A stretch of 64,000 nt of DNA. It comes from a bacterium. GTDB taxonomy: Bacteria > Patescibacteriota > Saccharimonadia > Saccharimonadales > UBA4665. The translations under genes were made by a program, and so were the position numbers. The DNA lies in assembly GCA_021809645.1 (NCBI GenBank), contig JAJZKE010000001.1, positions 47,245-111,244 of the forward strand, in the 5' to 3' direction. Shown here in pieces: positions 1 through 9,288 of the stretch (positions are counted from its first letter, which is position 1; each line of letters starts with the position of its first letter). Below the pieces are notes generated by a model. That model saw nothing but the letters and a program-made list of their open reading frames with translations. It did no database searches and was not told where the DNA came from.

Positions 1-289
1 TAACTCGATAGCCAACACCATTAATCTCAAGTTTTTTACTAAAACCTTGTGATACTCCAGTTACTAGGTTATTAAGTAAGCTACGCATCAAACCGTGTTT
101 AGACCTTAAGACACGATCATCGTTGTCTCTCTCAACAATTAATTTATCATCTTTTTGACTGACTTTAATACCCGGCATTGTAAACTGGCTTAAGCTACCT
201 TTAGCGCCATTTACAGTGATAACATCTGGCTTAATGTCAACGTTTACGCCACTTGGAATTATAACTGGTAATTTACCTATTCGACTCAT
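1..289 (-). CDS. rplF: 50S ribosomal protein L6, N-terminal part only (3' end lies beyond the window start)
   Basis: Minus-strand ATG at 289..287, 1 nt after the rpsH stop. My translation MSRIGKLPVIIPSGVNVDIKPDVITVNGAKGSL... looks like an L6 N-terminus. It sits in the canonical spc-operon position after S8. Confidence 0.85.
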   Translation of the reverse strand, partial: MSRIGKLPVIIPSGVNVDIKPDVITVNGAKGSLSQFTMPGIKVSQKDDKLIVERDNDDRVLRSKHGLMRSLLNNLVTGVSQGFSKKLEINGVGYRV

Positions 290-290
290 A

Positions 291-695
291 TTAATATACC
301 TGGCAGATTAATTCACCACCGACGTGCTCTTTTCGAGCTTGATCGCCGGTCATTACTCCTTTAGACGTTGATATTATAACAATTCCACGGCCTTGTTTGA
401 CAACTGGAATCTCTTTAAAGTTAACATATGTTCGTCGACCTGGCCTTGAAATCTTTGATATTTCTGTAATTCTAGCATTATTTCGTTCACTATTTAAGGT
501 TAAAATTAAAGTCTTTGATATTTTATCGCCTTCGACTTTTAAGCTATCGATAAAGTTATTTTCAACTAGTAATTTTGCAACAGCTTCCTTGATCTTGCTA
601 TGAGGTAGGTTAACAATGTATTTATTAACAGCAACAGCGTTTCTAATACGGGTTAGCATATCGGCTATTGGATCTGTTGAGGTTTGATTACTCAC
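291..695 (-). CDS. rpsH: 30S ribosomal protein S8
   Basis: The ORF translation contains DPIADMLTRIRNA, an S8 signature. Operon position between S14 and L6. Confidence 0.95.
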   Translation of the reverse strand: MSNQTSTDPIADMLTRIRNAVAVNKYIVNLPHSKIKEAVAKLLVENNFIDSLKVEGDKISKTLILTLNSERNNARITEISKISRPGRRTYVNFKEIPVVKQGRGIVIISTSKGVMTGDQARKEHVGGELICQVY

Positions 696-710
696 TTATT
701 CTTCCTTCCT

Positions 711-980
711 TTACCAACTTGATTTAGTTATACCAGGAATTTCGCCCTTAGAGGCATGTTCACGAAATGAAATACGCGATAAACCAAATTGACGCATGTA
801 TCCTCTTGATCGACCAGTTTCGATACATCTGTTTGTCCATCTCGTAGGTGAAGAATTTCTTGGTAGTTTAGCAAGACCTTCTAAGTCTCCGAGGGCTTTT
901 AGCTCTGCTCGCTTAGCAGAATATTGTTGGATCATTTTTTGTCGTTTAAGATCTCTAGCAATTATCGATTTTTTAGCCAT
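711..980 (-). CDS. rpsN: 30S ribosomal protein S14 (long, non-zinc type)
   Basis: [15 protein letters not shown]...RNRC..TGRSRGY...[10 protein letters not shown]...G.IPG..KSSW pattern. Lies between L5 and S8. Confidence 0.93.
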   Translation of the reverse strand: MAKKSIIARDLKRQKMIQQYSAKRAELKALGDLEGLAKLPRNSSPTRWTNRCIETGRSRGYMRQFGLSRISFREHASKGEIPGITKSSW

Positions 981-982
981 AT

Positions 983-1567
983 CTAGTTCCCTTCTTTCTT
1001 CTCAAACGGCATACCGAATTTATCAAGTAATGCCTTTGAATGCTCTTTAGATTTAGATTTAATTACTAAGACTACCTCTAAACCATGGCTGGTAGTTGTT
1101 TCTTCAAATGTTAGCTCTGGAAAAACTGATTGGTCAGTTAATCCGATTGAATAATTTCCTTGGTTGTCAAACGAATCTAATTTTAATCCATGGAAATCTC
1201 TTAGGCGTGGTAAAACTAAATTTGTTAAACGGTCAAGGAATTCATACATTCTATCACCTCTTAAGGTAACCTTTAAACCTATTTTATTGCCTTCTCTTAA
1301 TTTGAAGGCGGCAATTGATTTTTTAGCTAGTGTTTCAATAGGTTGTTGGCCAGTTATTTTACGAATAGTATTGGTTGCTGTTTCAATGACTTTTTTATCA
1401 TCTTTAGAACGACCAAGACCAACATTGATAACTATTTTCGTTAATCGAGGGACTTGCCATTGATTTTTTAATTCTAATTCCTTTTGTAGCTCAGGAACAA
1501 TTCGAGTTATATAATCGGTTTTTAACCTAGGAAGGTATGATTTAACTTTGGTATTTTCTTTAGGCAT
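983..1567 (-). CDS. rplE: 50S ribosomal protein L5
   Basis: PRLKTDY...IVPEL...[18 protein letters not shown] is typical of L5. Operon position supports the call. Overlaps the rplX stop by 8 nt. Confidence 0.95.
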   Translation of the reverse strand: MPKENTKVKSYLPRLKTDYITRIVPELQKELELKNQWQVPRLTKIVINVGLGRSKDDKKVIETATNTIRKITGQQPIETLAKKSIAAFKLREGNKIGLKVTLRGDRMYEFLDRLTNLVLPRLRDFHGLKLDSFDNQGNYSIGLTDQSVFPELTFEETTTSHGLEVVLVIKSKSKEHSKALLDKFGMPFEKKEGN

Positions 1568-1901
1568 TCTTAATCTCCTTACCAGACAAGGTATATATTC
1601 TTACCTTAGAGCCGTCTTTATTTAGCTTAGAACTAATCCGGCTGGCCTTCTTTTTTTCTGGTTCATAAATAGCGACTTTAGATACCCAAATTGGCTTAAC
1701 TATTTCTTTGATTGATCCAACGCGATTAGTCCTGGTCGGTTTGATGTGTTTTTTTACGACATTAACACCTTCGACGGTAACTTTGTTCTCAAATGGATGA
1801 ACACGTAGTATTTTGCCAGTCTTTCCTTTATATTTACCGCTTAAAATAACAACTTTATCGCCAATTTTTAACTTAATCTTATACGGCTTATTTGTCTTCA
1901 T
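1560..1901 (-). CDS. rplX: 50S ribosomal protein L24
   Basis: KOW motif IKIGDKVVILSGKYKGKTGKI. Lies between L14 and L5. Confidence 0.93.
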   Translation of the reverse strand: MKTNKPYKIKLKIGDKVVILSGKYKGKTGKILRVHPFENKVTVEGVNVVKKHIKPTRTNRVGSIKEIVKPIWVSKVAIYEPEKKKASRISSKLNKDGSKVRIYTLSGKEIKNA

Positions 1902-2270
1902 TTACAGAACCTCCGGTGCTAAGCTTATAATCTTTGAATAGCCTCGGTCTCGTAATTCTCTTGGAACAGGGCCGAATATTCTTGTTGCTCGTGGGTTATT
2001 ATCGTCAGCTAATATAACTGCGGCGTTGTCATCGAAGCTAATAGTAGAACCGTCTTTTCTTCTGATTTGATCTTTTGTTCTTACGACAACCGCTTTAACA
2101 ACTGACTTTTTACGAACATTGCCGTTTGGTGCTGCTTGTTTAACTGTAGCTACGATAATGTCGCCAACTCGAGCATAGCGTCTTCTGGTACCGCCCAATA
2201 CTCTGATGCATAATATTTCTTTTGCTCCAGAGTTATCAGCTACAACTAGTCTTGATTCTTGTTGGATCAT
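1902..2270 (-). CDS. rplN: 50S ribosomal protein L14
   Basis: [27 protein letters not shown]... is a near-universal L14 sequence. Confidence 0.97.
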   Translation of the reverse strand: MIQQESRLVVADNSGAKEILCIRVLGGTRRRYARVGDIIVATVKQAAPNGNVRKKSVVKAVVVRTKDQIRRKDGSTISFDDNAAVILADDNNPRATRIFGPVPRELRDRGYSKIISLAPEVL

Positions 2271-2614
2271 TTTTTCTCCTCGACTTCTACCTTTTCTTCT
2301 GTCTTTTTAGACTTTGAAGGCGGTCGCTTTGTGGCTTGCTCATCTTTAGTAACTGCTAGTGATTCGTCGCCTAATGTTGGTCTATTTAAGATTTTATCTA
2401 ATTTAAAATGTTTTTTAGCACTAATTGGCCTGGTTTCGATAATTGATACTCGATCACCAGTCTTTGCCTCGTTTTTTTCATCGTGGGCTAGGAAATTTTT
2501 AGATACTGGGTATTGTTTTTTATATAAAGGGTGAGTACGCCTGCTGTGAGAAACAACAGTTATTGTTTTATCATTCTTCGTTGAAGATACTATACCGACT
2601 ATTACTTTAGGCAT
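2267..2614 (-). CDS. rpsQ: 30S ribosomal protein S17 with a Lys/Glu-rich C-terminal tail
   Basis: [27 protein letters not shown]...[18 protein letters not shown] is an S17 core. Operon position supports the call. Confidence 0.92.
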   Translation of the reverse strand: MPKVIVGIVSSTKNDKTITVVSHSRRTHPLYKKQYPVSKNFLAHDEKNEAKTGDRVSIIETRPISAKKHFKLDKILNRPTLGDESLAVTKDEQATKRPPSKSKKTEEKVEVEEKK

Positions 2615-2814
2615 TAATTCGTCTCCTTTATCAGCTCTTCGCTTAAAACAGTTAATACACGAGCTAAATCTTTGCGCTTTAGCCGAATTGCTCTAACATT
2701 ATTTACTTCTCCGAGGTGTGATCGACGTCTTAATTCAGCTAATTCTTCGCGCATTTTTGTACTGGTGGTTGTTAGTTCGCTAGTCGACATTTTTCTGATC
2801 TCTGAAATTTTCAT
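2614..2814 (-). CDS. rpmC: 50S ribosomal protein L29
   Basis: 66 aa with an EIRKMSTSEL...ELAELRRR helical pattern. Lies between L16 and S17. Confidence 0.9.
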   Translation of the reverse strand: MKISEIRKMSTSELTTTSTKMREELAELRRRSHLGEVNNVRAIRLKRKDLARVLTVLSEELIKETN

Positions 2815-2818
2815 GATT

Positions 2819-3232
2819 TTATGCCTCCTCTCTAACTATGAACCTGGTTTTAACTGGTAACTTATGAGCAGCTAAGCGCATGGCTTCTCTGGCAATCTCT
2901 TCACTAACTCCTTGCATCTCAAACATGATGGTACCTGGTTTAACTTTAGCTACAAAAAATTCTGGGTTACCTTTACCGCTACCCATTTTCACGTCTTGGG
3001 GTTTTCTTGTTACTGGTATATGAGGAAATATTCTAATCCAAATCTTACCGCCACGTTTAATATATCTAGTCATTGCTTGCCTAGCGGCTTCTATTTGTCT
3101 AGCGGTAATTCTTTGTTGTCCTTGTGCTTGAAGAGCGTAGTCACCAAAGGCAATATAGTTACCAGCGGTTGCTACCCCTCGTATCTTACCTTTTCTTACA
3201 CGTCTATATTTTGTTCTGGAAGGCATTAACAT
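2819..3232 (-). CDS. rplP: 50S ribosomal protein L16
   Basis: [19 protein letters not shown]...[27 protein letters not shown] is typical of L16. Confidence 0.96.
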   Translation of the reverse strand: MLMPSRTKYRRVRKGKIRGVATAGNYIAFGDYALQAQGQQRITARQIEAARQAMTRYIKRGGKIWIRIFPHIPVTRKPQDVKMGSGKGNPEFFVAKVKPGTIMFEMQGVSEEIAREAMRLAAHKLPVKTRFIVREEA

Positions 3233-3233
3233 A

Positions 3234-3863
3234 CTAACTCACCTCCCCTTTATATATCCAAACTTTAACGCCAATAATACCGGCGACAGTTTTAGCGTTT
3301 ACTTTTGCAAAATCAATATCTGCTCTAATAGTGTGCAATGGTACTGAACCGGCAACTTCTTTTTCTTTTCTAGACATCTCAACACCGTTTAATCGGCCTG
3401 ATACTTCGATACGTACACCTTTAGCGCCAGCTCTCATAGTAGCTGCTGATGCAGATTTTATTGCTCTTCTAAAACTCATTCGTCTCTCAAGTTGATGAGC
3501 TATATTTTCAGCTACCAACTTAGCTTGAAGATCAATTTTTTTAATCTCTTCAATATTTATTCTTGTCGGCGTGCTATATATTTTTTCAATAATGCTTCTT
3601 AATTCACTTGCTCCTGTACCGCCCTTGCCGATAACAACGCCAGCTTTAGCAGTATAGATGGTAACGTTTACTAAATTAGGTGTACGACCTATCTCGACAC
3701 GTGATATAGCTGCCCTTGATCCGAGACGCTGATCAATTAGTCGGCGAACTTTTAAATCTTGTTCTAGATATTTAGCGTAGTTTCTTTTATCAGCAAACCA
3801 TTTACTACTCCAGTCTTTGTTTAGCTGAAGGCGCATTGATACAGGATTAACTTTATGTCCCAT
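3234..3863 (-). CDS. rpsC: 30S ribosomal protein S3
   Basis: [12 protein letters not shown]...W.SKWFA, a KH domain GKGG, and NGVEMSRKE. Confidence 0.96.
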   Translation of the reverse strand: MGHKVNPVSMRLQLNKDWSSKWFADKRNYAKYLEQDLKVRRLIDQRLGSRAAISRVEIGRTPNLVNVTIYTAKAGVVIGKGGTGASELRSIIEKIYSTPTRINIEEIKKIDLQAKLVAENIAHQLERRMSFRRAIKSASAATMRAGAKGVRIEVSGRLNGVEMSRKEKEVAGSVPLHTIRADIDFAKVNAKTVAGIIGVKVWIYKGEVS

Positions 3864-4255
3864 TATTTAGTCTCCTTTTTGGCTGTTTCACTGGATGGTT
3901 GCTTAGTTTTAACGGCCGGTCTCTTTTGGCCGTCAATAACTACTCTAATATGAGATGATCGTTTCTTGTAAGGTAAAGCTCTACCATGAGCTGCTGGCCG
4001 ATATCTCTTTAACGAGGGTCCTGGAGTAACAGTAATTTCAATCAATCGTAAACCTTCAGTTTTAAAACCATGATTATGAGTGGCATTAGCTCGGGCACTT
4101 TCGATTACTTTTTTAACAGCGATAGCTGATCTTCGCGGAGTATAACTTAAGATTGTCAATGCTTCATCTACACTTCGACCACGAACTAAAGATGCTACTA
4201 CTCCAACTTTGCGTGGGCTTATCCGAACTCCTTTAGCAACTGCTTTAACTGGCAT
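3863..4255 (-). CDS. rplV: 50S ribosomal protein L22
   Basis: VRISPRKVGVVASLVRGRSVDEALTILSYTPRRSA is typical of L22. Operon position supports the call. Confidence 0.93.
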   Translation of the reverse strand: MPVKAVAKGVRISPRKVGVVASLVRGRSVDEALTILSYTPRRSAIAVKKVIESARANATHNHGFKTEGLRLIEITVTPGPSLKRYRPAAHGRALPYKKRSSHIRVVIDGQKRPAVKTKQPSSETAKKETK

Positions 4256-4257
4256 CG

Positions 4258-4527
4258 TTATTCTCCCTTAGCCTTCCCGCCGTGTTTTCGGAATTTTCTG
4301 GTTGGGGCAAATTCTCCTAATTTGTGGCCTACCATATTTTCAGTTATAAAAACAGGAACGTGTAATTTACCATTATGTACAGCAATAGTTCGACCAACAA
4401 AATCTGGTGAGATTGTACTAGATCGAGCCCAGGTTTTAATTATTGTACGGTCATCACTACCAAGTGCAGCTACTTTTTTCGTTAGCTTATAGTCAATGTA
4501 TGGACCTTTTTTAAGTGAACGACTCAT
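4258..4527 (-). CDS. rpsS: 30S ribosomal protein S19
   Basis: The true start is taken as [15 protein letters not shown] (ATG 4527..4525), preceded by GGAAGGA. The longer tracked ORF to 4623 adds a non-S19-like Cys-rich extension. Confidence 0.93.
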   Translation of the reverse strand: MSRSLKKGPYIDYKLTKKVAALGSDDRTIIKTWARSSTISPDFVGRTIAVHNGKLHVPVFITENMVGHKLGEFAPTRKFRKHGGKAKGE

Positions 4528-4529
4528 AT

Positions 4530-4811
4530 TTACTGTTCCTTCCTTCTTGTACCATAAACTACATTGCCACCGTTTTGACCGACAACATTGCTTAAATTTT
4601 GAGGACTGCCTAAGGCAAACCAAACTCCTTGTAAAAATGGTGCATTTGGGTTGTTGGTCTCAAAAGCATGTCTCAATGCAGATGCGATCATTGAGTATAG
4701 GTCGTTGATTTCTGCTTCAGGAAATAACTTAAGTAATTGTGAGCCTATTTCTAGGCCTAATTGACATCTACTTCTAATATCTTCTCGTTGTTCTATGCTT
4801 TCAGCAATCAT
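4530..4811 (-). CDS. Hypothetical 93-aa protein inserted between rplB and rpsS
   Basis: The ATG at 4811..4809 lies 4 nt after the rplB stop, with AGGAG 8 nt upstream. The TAA at 4532..4530 lies 2 nt before the rpsS ATG. The frame is open for 155 codons in an AT-rich genome. I recognise no domain. Confidence 0.55.
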   Translation of the reverse strand: MIAESIEQREDIRSRCQLGLEIGSQLLKLFPEAEINDLYSMIASALRHAFETNNPNAPFLQGVWFALGSPQNLSNVVGQNGGNVVYGTRRKEQ

Positions 4812-4815
4812 TTTC

Positions 4816-5667
4816 TTATCTCCTCTTAGCACTATGTCGGCTACGGACAATATATTTATTAGTGCTCTTTCGTCTTCTGGTCTTATATCCGAGAGTTTTT
4901 TGTCCCCAAGGTGTCTTTGGAGCAGCACCGTGGTTTTTACCACCACCGATACCATGCCGGCCACCGTCACCACCACCATGAGGATGGTCAGCTGCATTCA
5001 TAACTACACCTCTAACAGAAGGACGTATTCCTTTATGTCGATTTATACCAGCCTTACCGATTTTAATGTTTTGATGTTGTTCGTTACCGATAACACCAAT
5101 TGAAGCAGTGCAGTTCTCATTAATTAAACGGACTTCACCGCTAGGCATTCTAATTTGAGCGTAACCATTATCTCTACCCATTAGTTGCGAACTGTTACCA
5201 GCTGATCTGGCAATTTGGGCACCTTTTCCAGGTTGTAGTTCTATGGCGTGAATAACACTACCGATCGGAATGTTTTTAAGTGGCAAACGATTACCGTTTT
5301 CAATGGCAACTTCTGGACCAGCAGATATTATTTGATCAACTTTTAATCCTTGAGTAGCTAAAATATATACATATTTGTTATCTTTGGTTTTAACTCTAGC
5401 GATATTGGCACTACGATTAGGATCGTATTCAATATGCTCTACTTTCCCCTCGAAACCATCAGGTAAACTAAAACTAACTAATCGATAAAACTTACGACTT
5501 CCGCCGCCTTTATGCCTGGTAGTTATTCGACCTTGGTTGTTCCGTCCTGATCCCCTAGTCTTTATAACAGTTAAAGATTTGAGCGGTTTTTTAGTTGTAA
5601 TAACCGAGAAATCTCGTTTGCTCATTCCTCGTCTTCCGGGTGTGGTTGGATTATATATCGATTCCAT
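4816..5667 (-). CDS. rplB: 50S ribosomal protein L2
   Basis: PGRRGMS..., HPHGGGDGG and TPWGQKTLGYKTRRRK motifs. Confidence 0.97.
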   Translation of the reverse strand: MESIYNPTTPGRRGMSKRDFSVITTKKPLKSLTVIKTRGSGRNNQGRITTRHKGGGSRKFYRLVSFSLPDGFEGKVEHIEYDPNRSANIARVKTKDNKYVYILATQGLKVDQIISAGPEVAIENGNRLPLKNIPIGSVIHAIELQPGKGAQIARSAGNSSQLMGRDNGYAQIRMPSGEVRLINENCTASIGVIGNEQHQNIKIGKAGINRHKGIRPSVRGVVMNAADHPHGGGDGGRHGIGGGKNHGAAPKTPWGQKTLGYKTRRRKSTNKYIVRSRHSAKRR

Positions 5668-6116
5668 TATTTACCCTCCGGTTTTTTAGTTTTCAAAAAG
5701 CGTCGTTTAGGTGCAGTATTGGGTTGCTTGACTTTCGATTCTTTCTTAGTTTGTCTTTCCATAGCTTTATCTATTTTTTCTTGGCTGGATTTACGTTTTT
5801 CTTCAGCTTCTTCAACACTTTCAAAGAAAGGAAGACTTTTATCTTTATTGATTGTTACATAAGCTTTTTTTAGATCTGGTCTCTGTCCATTAGCATTTAA
5901 TGCTCGTCGTCCGGTAATAGATAAGGTTCTTTTAGGTTTACCTTTAATTGTCGTTGTCTTTACTGATAAAACGTCAACTTCAAATTGCTCTTTCACGGCT
6001 CTCTTGATAGCTTGTTTGTTGGCTTTTTTGGGTACATTAAAAACATATGTATTTTTTGATTTAAATAAATCATATGTCTTTTCATTGACTAGAGGCAATA
6101 AGGTCATATCTTTCAT
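5667..6116 (-). CDS. rplW: 50S ribosomal protein L23 with a ~50-aa charged C-terminal extension
   Basis: Lies between L4 and L2. The N-terminal ~95 aa (LPLVNEKTY...NTYVFNVPKKANKQAIKRAVKEQFEV.V) are L23-like. Confidence 0.88.
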   Translation of the reverse strand: MKDMTLLPLVNEKTYDLFKSKNTYVFNVPKKANKQAIKRAVKEQFEVDVLSVKTTTIKGKPKRTLSITGRRALNANGQRPDLKKAYVTINKDKSLPFFESVEEAEEKRKSSQEKIDKAMERQTKKESKVKQPNTAPKRRFLKTKKPEGK

Positions 6117-6751
6117 GATTTAATCTCCAGTCTTTTTTCAATTTCTTTCATGCCGGCTTTGCTAAATACAATGTGATCGGCGTTTAAAGTATCAAAAACA
6201 TTTAGCTGAGATGATTTTAAAACTATTAATTTAGGTATATTTCTAGAAGCAAGTTCGAGATTATCACTGATTGTATCGACGACTAATAGGACTCTACCTT
6301 TGAGTTCCAGTTTGTTGATAATTTTTTTAAGATTTGCAGTCTTAGGTTCTTTTAGGTTGATATCTTCAATTATCTTGATTTTAGATTCTTTGGCTACCAA
6401 GCTTAAAGCTTGTCGTAAGGCTTGTCTTCTAGCCTTAAGATTAATATTTTTAACGTAATTTTCTTTACCAGTTGGACCAAAAACTATTCCTCCTCCTCGC
6501 CAGATAGGGTTACGGCTAGATCCGAAACGAGCTCGTCCAGTACCTTTTTGCCGCCATGGTTTGCGACCACCGCCGCGGACTAATCCTCTAGTTTTGGTTA
6601 TAGCTATATTTTCACGGCCATTAGCCAAATAAGCGTTATATGACTCCTTGAGTAGTTGATGATTTTTAACATCCACATTAAATATATCTTTAGCTAATGT
6701 TGCTGAAGAACTGTTTTTGCTACCAGTGGCAGTATAGCTAGGAGCATTCAT
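6113..6751 (-). CDS. rplD: 50S ribosomal protein L4
   Basis: TKTRGLVRGGGRKPWRQKGTGRARFGSSRNPIWRGGG is an L4 signature. Confidence 0.93.
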   Translation of the reverse strand: MNAPSYTATGSKNSSSATLAKDIFNVDVKNHQLLKESYNAYLANGRENIAITKTRGLVRGGGRKPWRQKGTGRARFGSSRNPIWRGGGIVFGPTGKENYVKNINLKARRQALRQALSLVAKESKIKIIEDINLKEPKTANLKKIINKLELKGRVLLVVDTISDNLELASRNIPKLIVLKSSQLNVFDTLNADHIVFSKAGMKEIEKRLEIKS

Positions 6752-7368
6752 TATTTAATACCTCTAATGACTATTAAACCTTTTTTTGGTCCCGGTACAG
6801 CACCGTAAATGCCGATTAGTTGTCTTTCATTGTCGACCAGTGCTACTTCTAGATTTTTAACGGTCGTTTGAACATGTCCCATTTGACCGGCCATTTTTTT
6901 ACCTTTTAAAATATGCTGCGGATACATTGAACCGATTGATCCGACCCTTCGATAGCTTCTACCACCGTGAGTTTTGCGACCTCTGTGAAAATTGTGTCGT
7001 TTAATTGTTCCTGCCCAGCCTTTACCCTTATTTAGTCCGCTAACGTCAACTTTATCGCCAACACTAAAAACGTCGGTTGAGAATTTATCACCGACGTTTA
7101 AATTATCCTGATCTACTGGCATCATAAATTCTTTAATAATTTTAGGAGTTACGTTAGCTTTTTTAGCATGACCTTGTAATGGTTTTGTTGGTTTTTTATT
7201 GTCTTCTGTGCCGACCTGGATAGCTGTATAGCCATCTTTTTCTTCAGTCTTTTTTTGAATGATGGTATGTTCTGATACCGAAAGTAAGGTAATAGCTTTA
7301 ACAATACCGCTTTGATCAATCACGGATGTCATTCCGACCTTTCTAGTAATTAACGATTTAGGGCCCAT
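6751..7368 (-). CDS. rplC: 50S ribosomal protein L3
   Basis: GKGWAGTIKRHNFHRGRKTHGG.SYRRVGSIG is an L3 signature. Confidence 0.95.
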   Translation of the reverse strand: MGPKSLITRKVGMTSVIDQSGIVKAITLLSVSEHTIIQKKTEEKDGYTAIQVGTEDNKKPTKPLQGHAKKANVTPKIIKEFMMPVDQDNLNVGDKFSTDVFSVGDKVDVSGLNKGKGWAGTIKRHNFHRGRKTHGGRSYRRVGSIGSMYPQHILKGKKMAGQMGHVQTTVKNLEVALVDNERQLIGIYGAVPGPKKGLIVIRGIK

Positions 7369-7494
7369 AAATTTACACCTTACTTGGTTGTTTGGAGTTA
7401 TATATTAAAATCCTTGGCGACCGACGGTTTCTAGTTTTCTTAGACCTGTCTGGTATCACCAAGTAACCTATTATTTGTCTAGATACCATGACAG

Positions 7495-7522
7495 ATTATC
7501 ATGACAGCATAACATCTGTCAA
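7495..7522 (-). promoter_or_regulatory. Candidate sigma-70-type promoter inside the rpsJ-rplC spacer
   Basis: Minus strand TTGACA (7522..7517), a 16-nt spacer, then GATAAT (7500..7495), about 125 nt upstream of the rplC ATG. Hexamer matching alone is weak evidence in AT-rich DNA. Confidence 0.35.
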
Positions 7523-7552
7523 TGCGTTGATTATTATACAATTAATATTTGC

Positions 7553-7882
7553 CTACATCTTTATTTCGACATCGCAACCAGCAGGCAGTGACAAACTGGT
7601 TAGTGAATCGATAGTTTTTGGGGTTGGATCGTAGACGTCAATTAATCTTTTATGTATTCGCATTTCAAATTGTTCTCGACTTTTTTTGTAAATATGAGGA
7701 CTTTTAATCACTGTAAAAGTACTCTTCCTTGTCGGTAGAGGAATTGGACCGGCTAAGGATGCTCCTGTCCTTAGAGCTGTGTCAATTATTTGTTTAGCTG
7801 CTTGATCTATAACCTTATGATCATAAGCTTTTAACCTAATTCTGATCCGTTGTTTTGGGTTGGCTGTTTTAGCGTCTGCCAT
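7553..7882 (-). CDS. rpsJ: 30S ribosomal protein S10
   Basis: [26 protein letters not shown]...TGA...GPIPLPT is typical of S10. Confidence 0.96.
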   Translation of the reverse strand: MADAKTANPKQRIRIRLKAYDHKVIDQAAKQIIDTALRTGASLAGPIPLPTRKSTFTVIKSPHIYKKSREQFEMRIHKRLIDVYDPTPKTIDSLTSLSLPAGCDVEIKM

Positions 7883-7934
7883 ATATTCCTATCTCTGTGT
7901 TTAATATATCAAATGACTTAAATAGCCTTTATTA

Positions 7935-9119
7935 CTATTTAACAACTTTAGTAACTACGCCAGCACCTACCGTTCGACCACCTTCACGAATAGCAAATCG
8001 TAATCCTTGTTCCATGGCAATTGGTGCTAATAGTTTAACTTTAAAAGTAACAGTGTCCCCAGGCATAACCATTTCTTTGTCAGCAGGAAGCTCTACTTCA
8101 CCTGTTACATCAGTTGTTCTAAAGTAAAATTGTGGTTTGTAACCTTTGAAAAATGGTGTATGACGTCCACCCTCTTCTTTGGTTAGGACATATACTTCTG
8201 AGTCAAATTCAGTATGAGGGGTAATTGTACCAGGCTTAGCTAACACCTGACCACGTTCAATATCATTTCGTTCTATTCCACGAAGTAATACTCCAGCATT
8301 ATCTCCGGCTTGTCCCTGGTCAAGAGATTTTTTAAAAGCTTCTATTCCAGTAACCACTGATTTTTGAGTATCTTTAATTCCGACAATTTCAACTTCATCA
8401 TTTATCTTGACAACACCGGCTTCAATACGTCCGGTAGCAACAGTGCCACGACCTTTTATTGAAAATACATCTTCAATAGGCATTAGGAAAGGCTTGTCTA
8501 ATTCTCTAACAGGTTCAGGTATATAGTCATCCATGGCCTTAACTAGTTCCATGATAGCGTCTTCGTTATCTTTATCGCCTTCTAGAGCCTTTGTTGCTGA
8601 TCCTCTAATAATTGGAGCATCTTTATCAAAACCATTTTTTTCTAGTAACTCACGAACCTCTTCTTCAACTAGATCTACTAGTTCTGGATCTGCTAGATCC
8701 ATTTTATTCATAAAAACTAGAATTTTTGGTACGCCGACTTGTCGGGCAAGAAGTACGTGTTCTCTAGTTTGAGGCATTGGTCCGTCAGCAGCAGATACAA
8801 CTAAGATGGCACCGTCAATTTGGGCTGCACCAGTAATCATGTTTTTAACGTAGTCAGCATGCCCAGGCATATCAACATGAGCGTAGTGTCTTTTTTCACT
8901 TTCGTATTCTTGGTGAGAGGTAGCTATGGTTATGCCTCGTGCTTTTTCTTCAGGGGCATTATCTATATCTTCGTAGTTTTTAGCTACATTTATCTTCGAT
9001 GGTAATCTTTTAGATAGAACATGAGTTATAGCTGCTGTAAGGGTTGTTTTACCGTGGTCAACGTGACCCATGGTGCCAACATTAACATGTGGCTTGCTTC
9101 GATCAAATTGGTCTGCCAT
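7935..9119 (-). CDS. tuf: Elongation factor Tu
   Basis: [18 protein letters not shown] and NKMD G-motifs. Full-length 394 aa. Confidence 0.98.
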   Translation of the reverse strand: MADQFDRSKPHVNVGTMGHVDHGKTTLTAAITHVLSKRLPSKINVAKNYEDIDNAPEEKARGITIATSHQEYESEKRHYAHVDMPGHADYVKNMITGAAQIDGAILVVSAADGPMPQTREHVLLARQVGVPKILVFMNKMDLADPELVDLVEEEVRELLEKNGFDKDAPIIRGSATKALEGDKDNEDAIMELVKAMDDYIPEPVRELDKPFLMPIEDVFSIKGRGTVATGRIEAGVVKINDEVEIVGIKDTQKSVVTGIEAFKKSLDQGQAGDNAGVLLRGIERNDIERGQVLAKPGTITPHTEFDSEVYVLTKEEGGRHTPFFKGYKPQFYFRTTDVTGEVELPADKEMVMPGDTVTFKVKLLAPIAMEQGLRFAIREGGRTVGAGVVTKVVK

Positions 9120-9191
9120 TTATTACTCCTTTAGGATAACTTTAATTGATTTTTGCATGGGACAATATAGCTCACACAATGTGATTGAGCT

Positions 9192-9220
9192 AGTATAACT
9201 AAGCTATAACTGTTTGTAAA
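9192..9220 (-). promoter_or_regulatory. Candidate tuf promoter
   Basis: Minus strand TTTACA (9220..9215), a 17-nt spacer, then TATACT (9197..9192). This leaves a ~65-nt leader ending in AGGAG before the tuf ATG. Confidence 0.4.
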
Positions 9221-9288
9221 GAATTTTAAGAAGAAAAAATAAATATTTCTTTAAAATTATACATAGGTATGGTATTTATATATCTAAC

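Noticed and set aside
4528-4623. N-terminal extension of the tracked rpsS ORF ([32 protein letters not shown]...)
   Set aside because: S19 proteins start at MSRSLKKGP, and a GGAAGGA SD precedes that ATG. The extension is Cys/Lys-rich nonsense and overlaps the better-supported 93-aa ORF in another frame.
4812-4997. Upstream 62 codons of the tracked 155-aa ORF (MQLTILMVVVTVAG...)
   Set aside because: This part overlaps the rplB coding sequence out of frame and looks like a shadow of the Gly/His-rich L2 C-terminus. Only the portion from the ATG at 4811, which has its own AGGAG, is considered a plausible gene.
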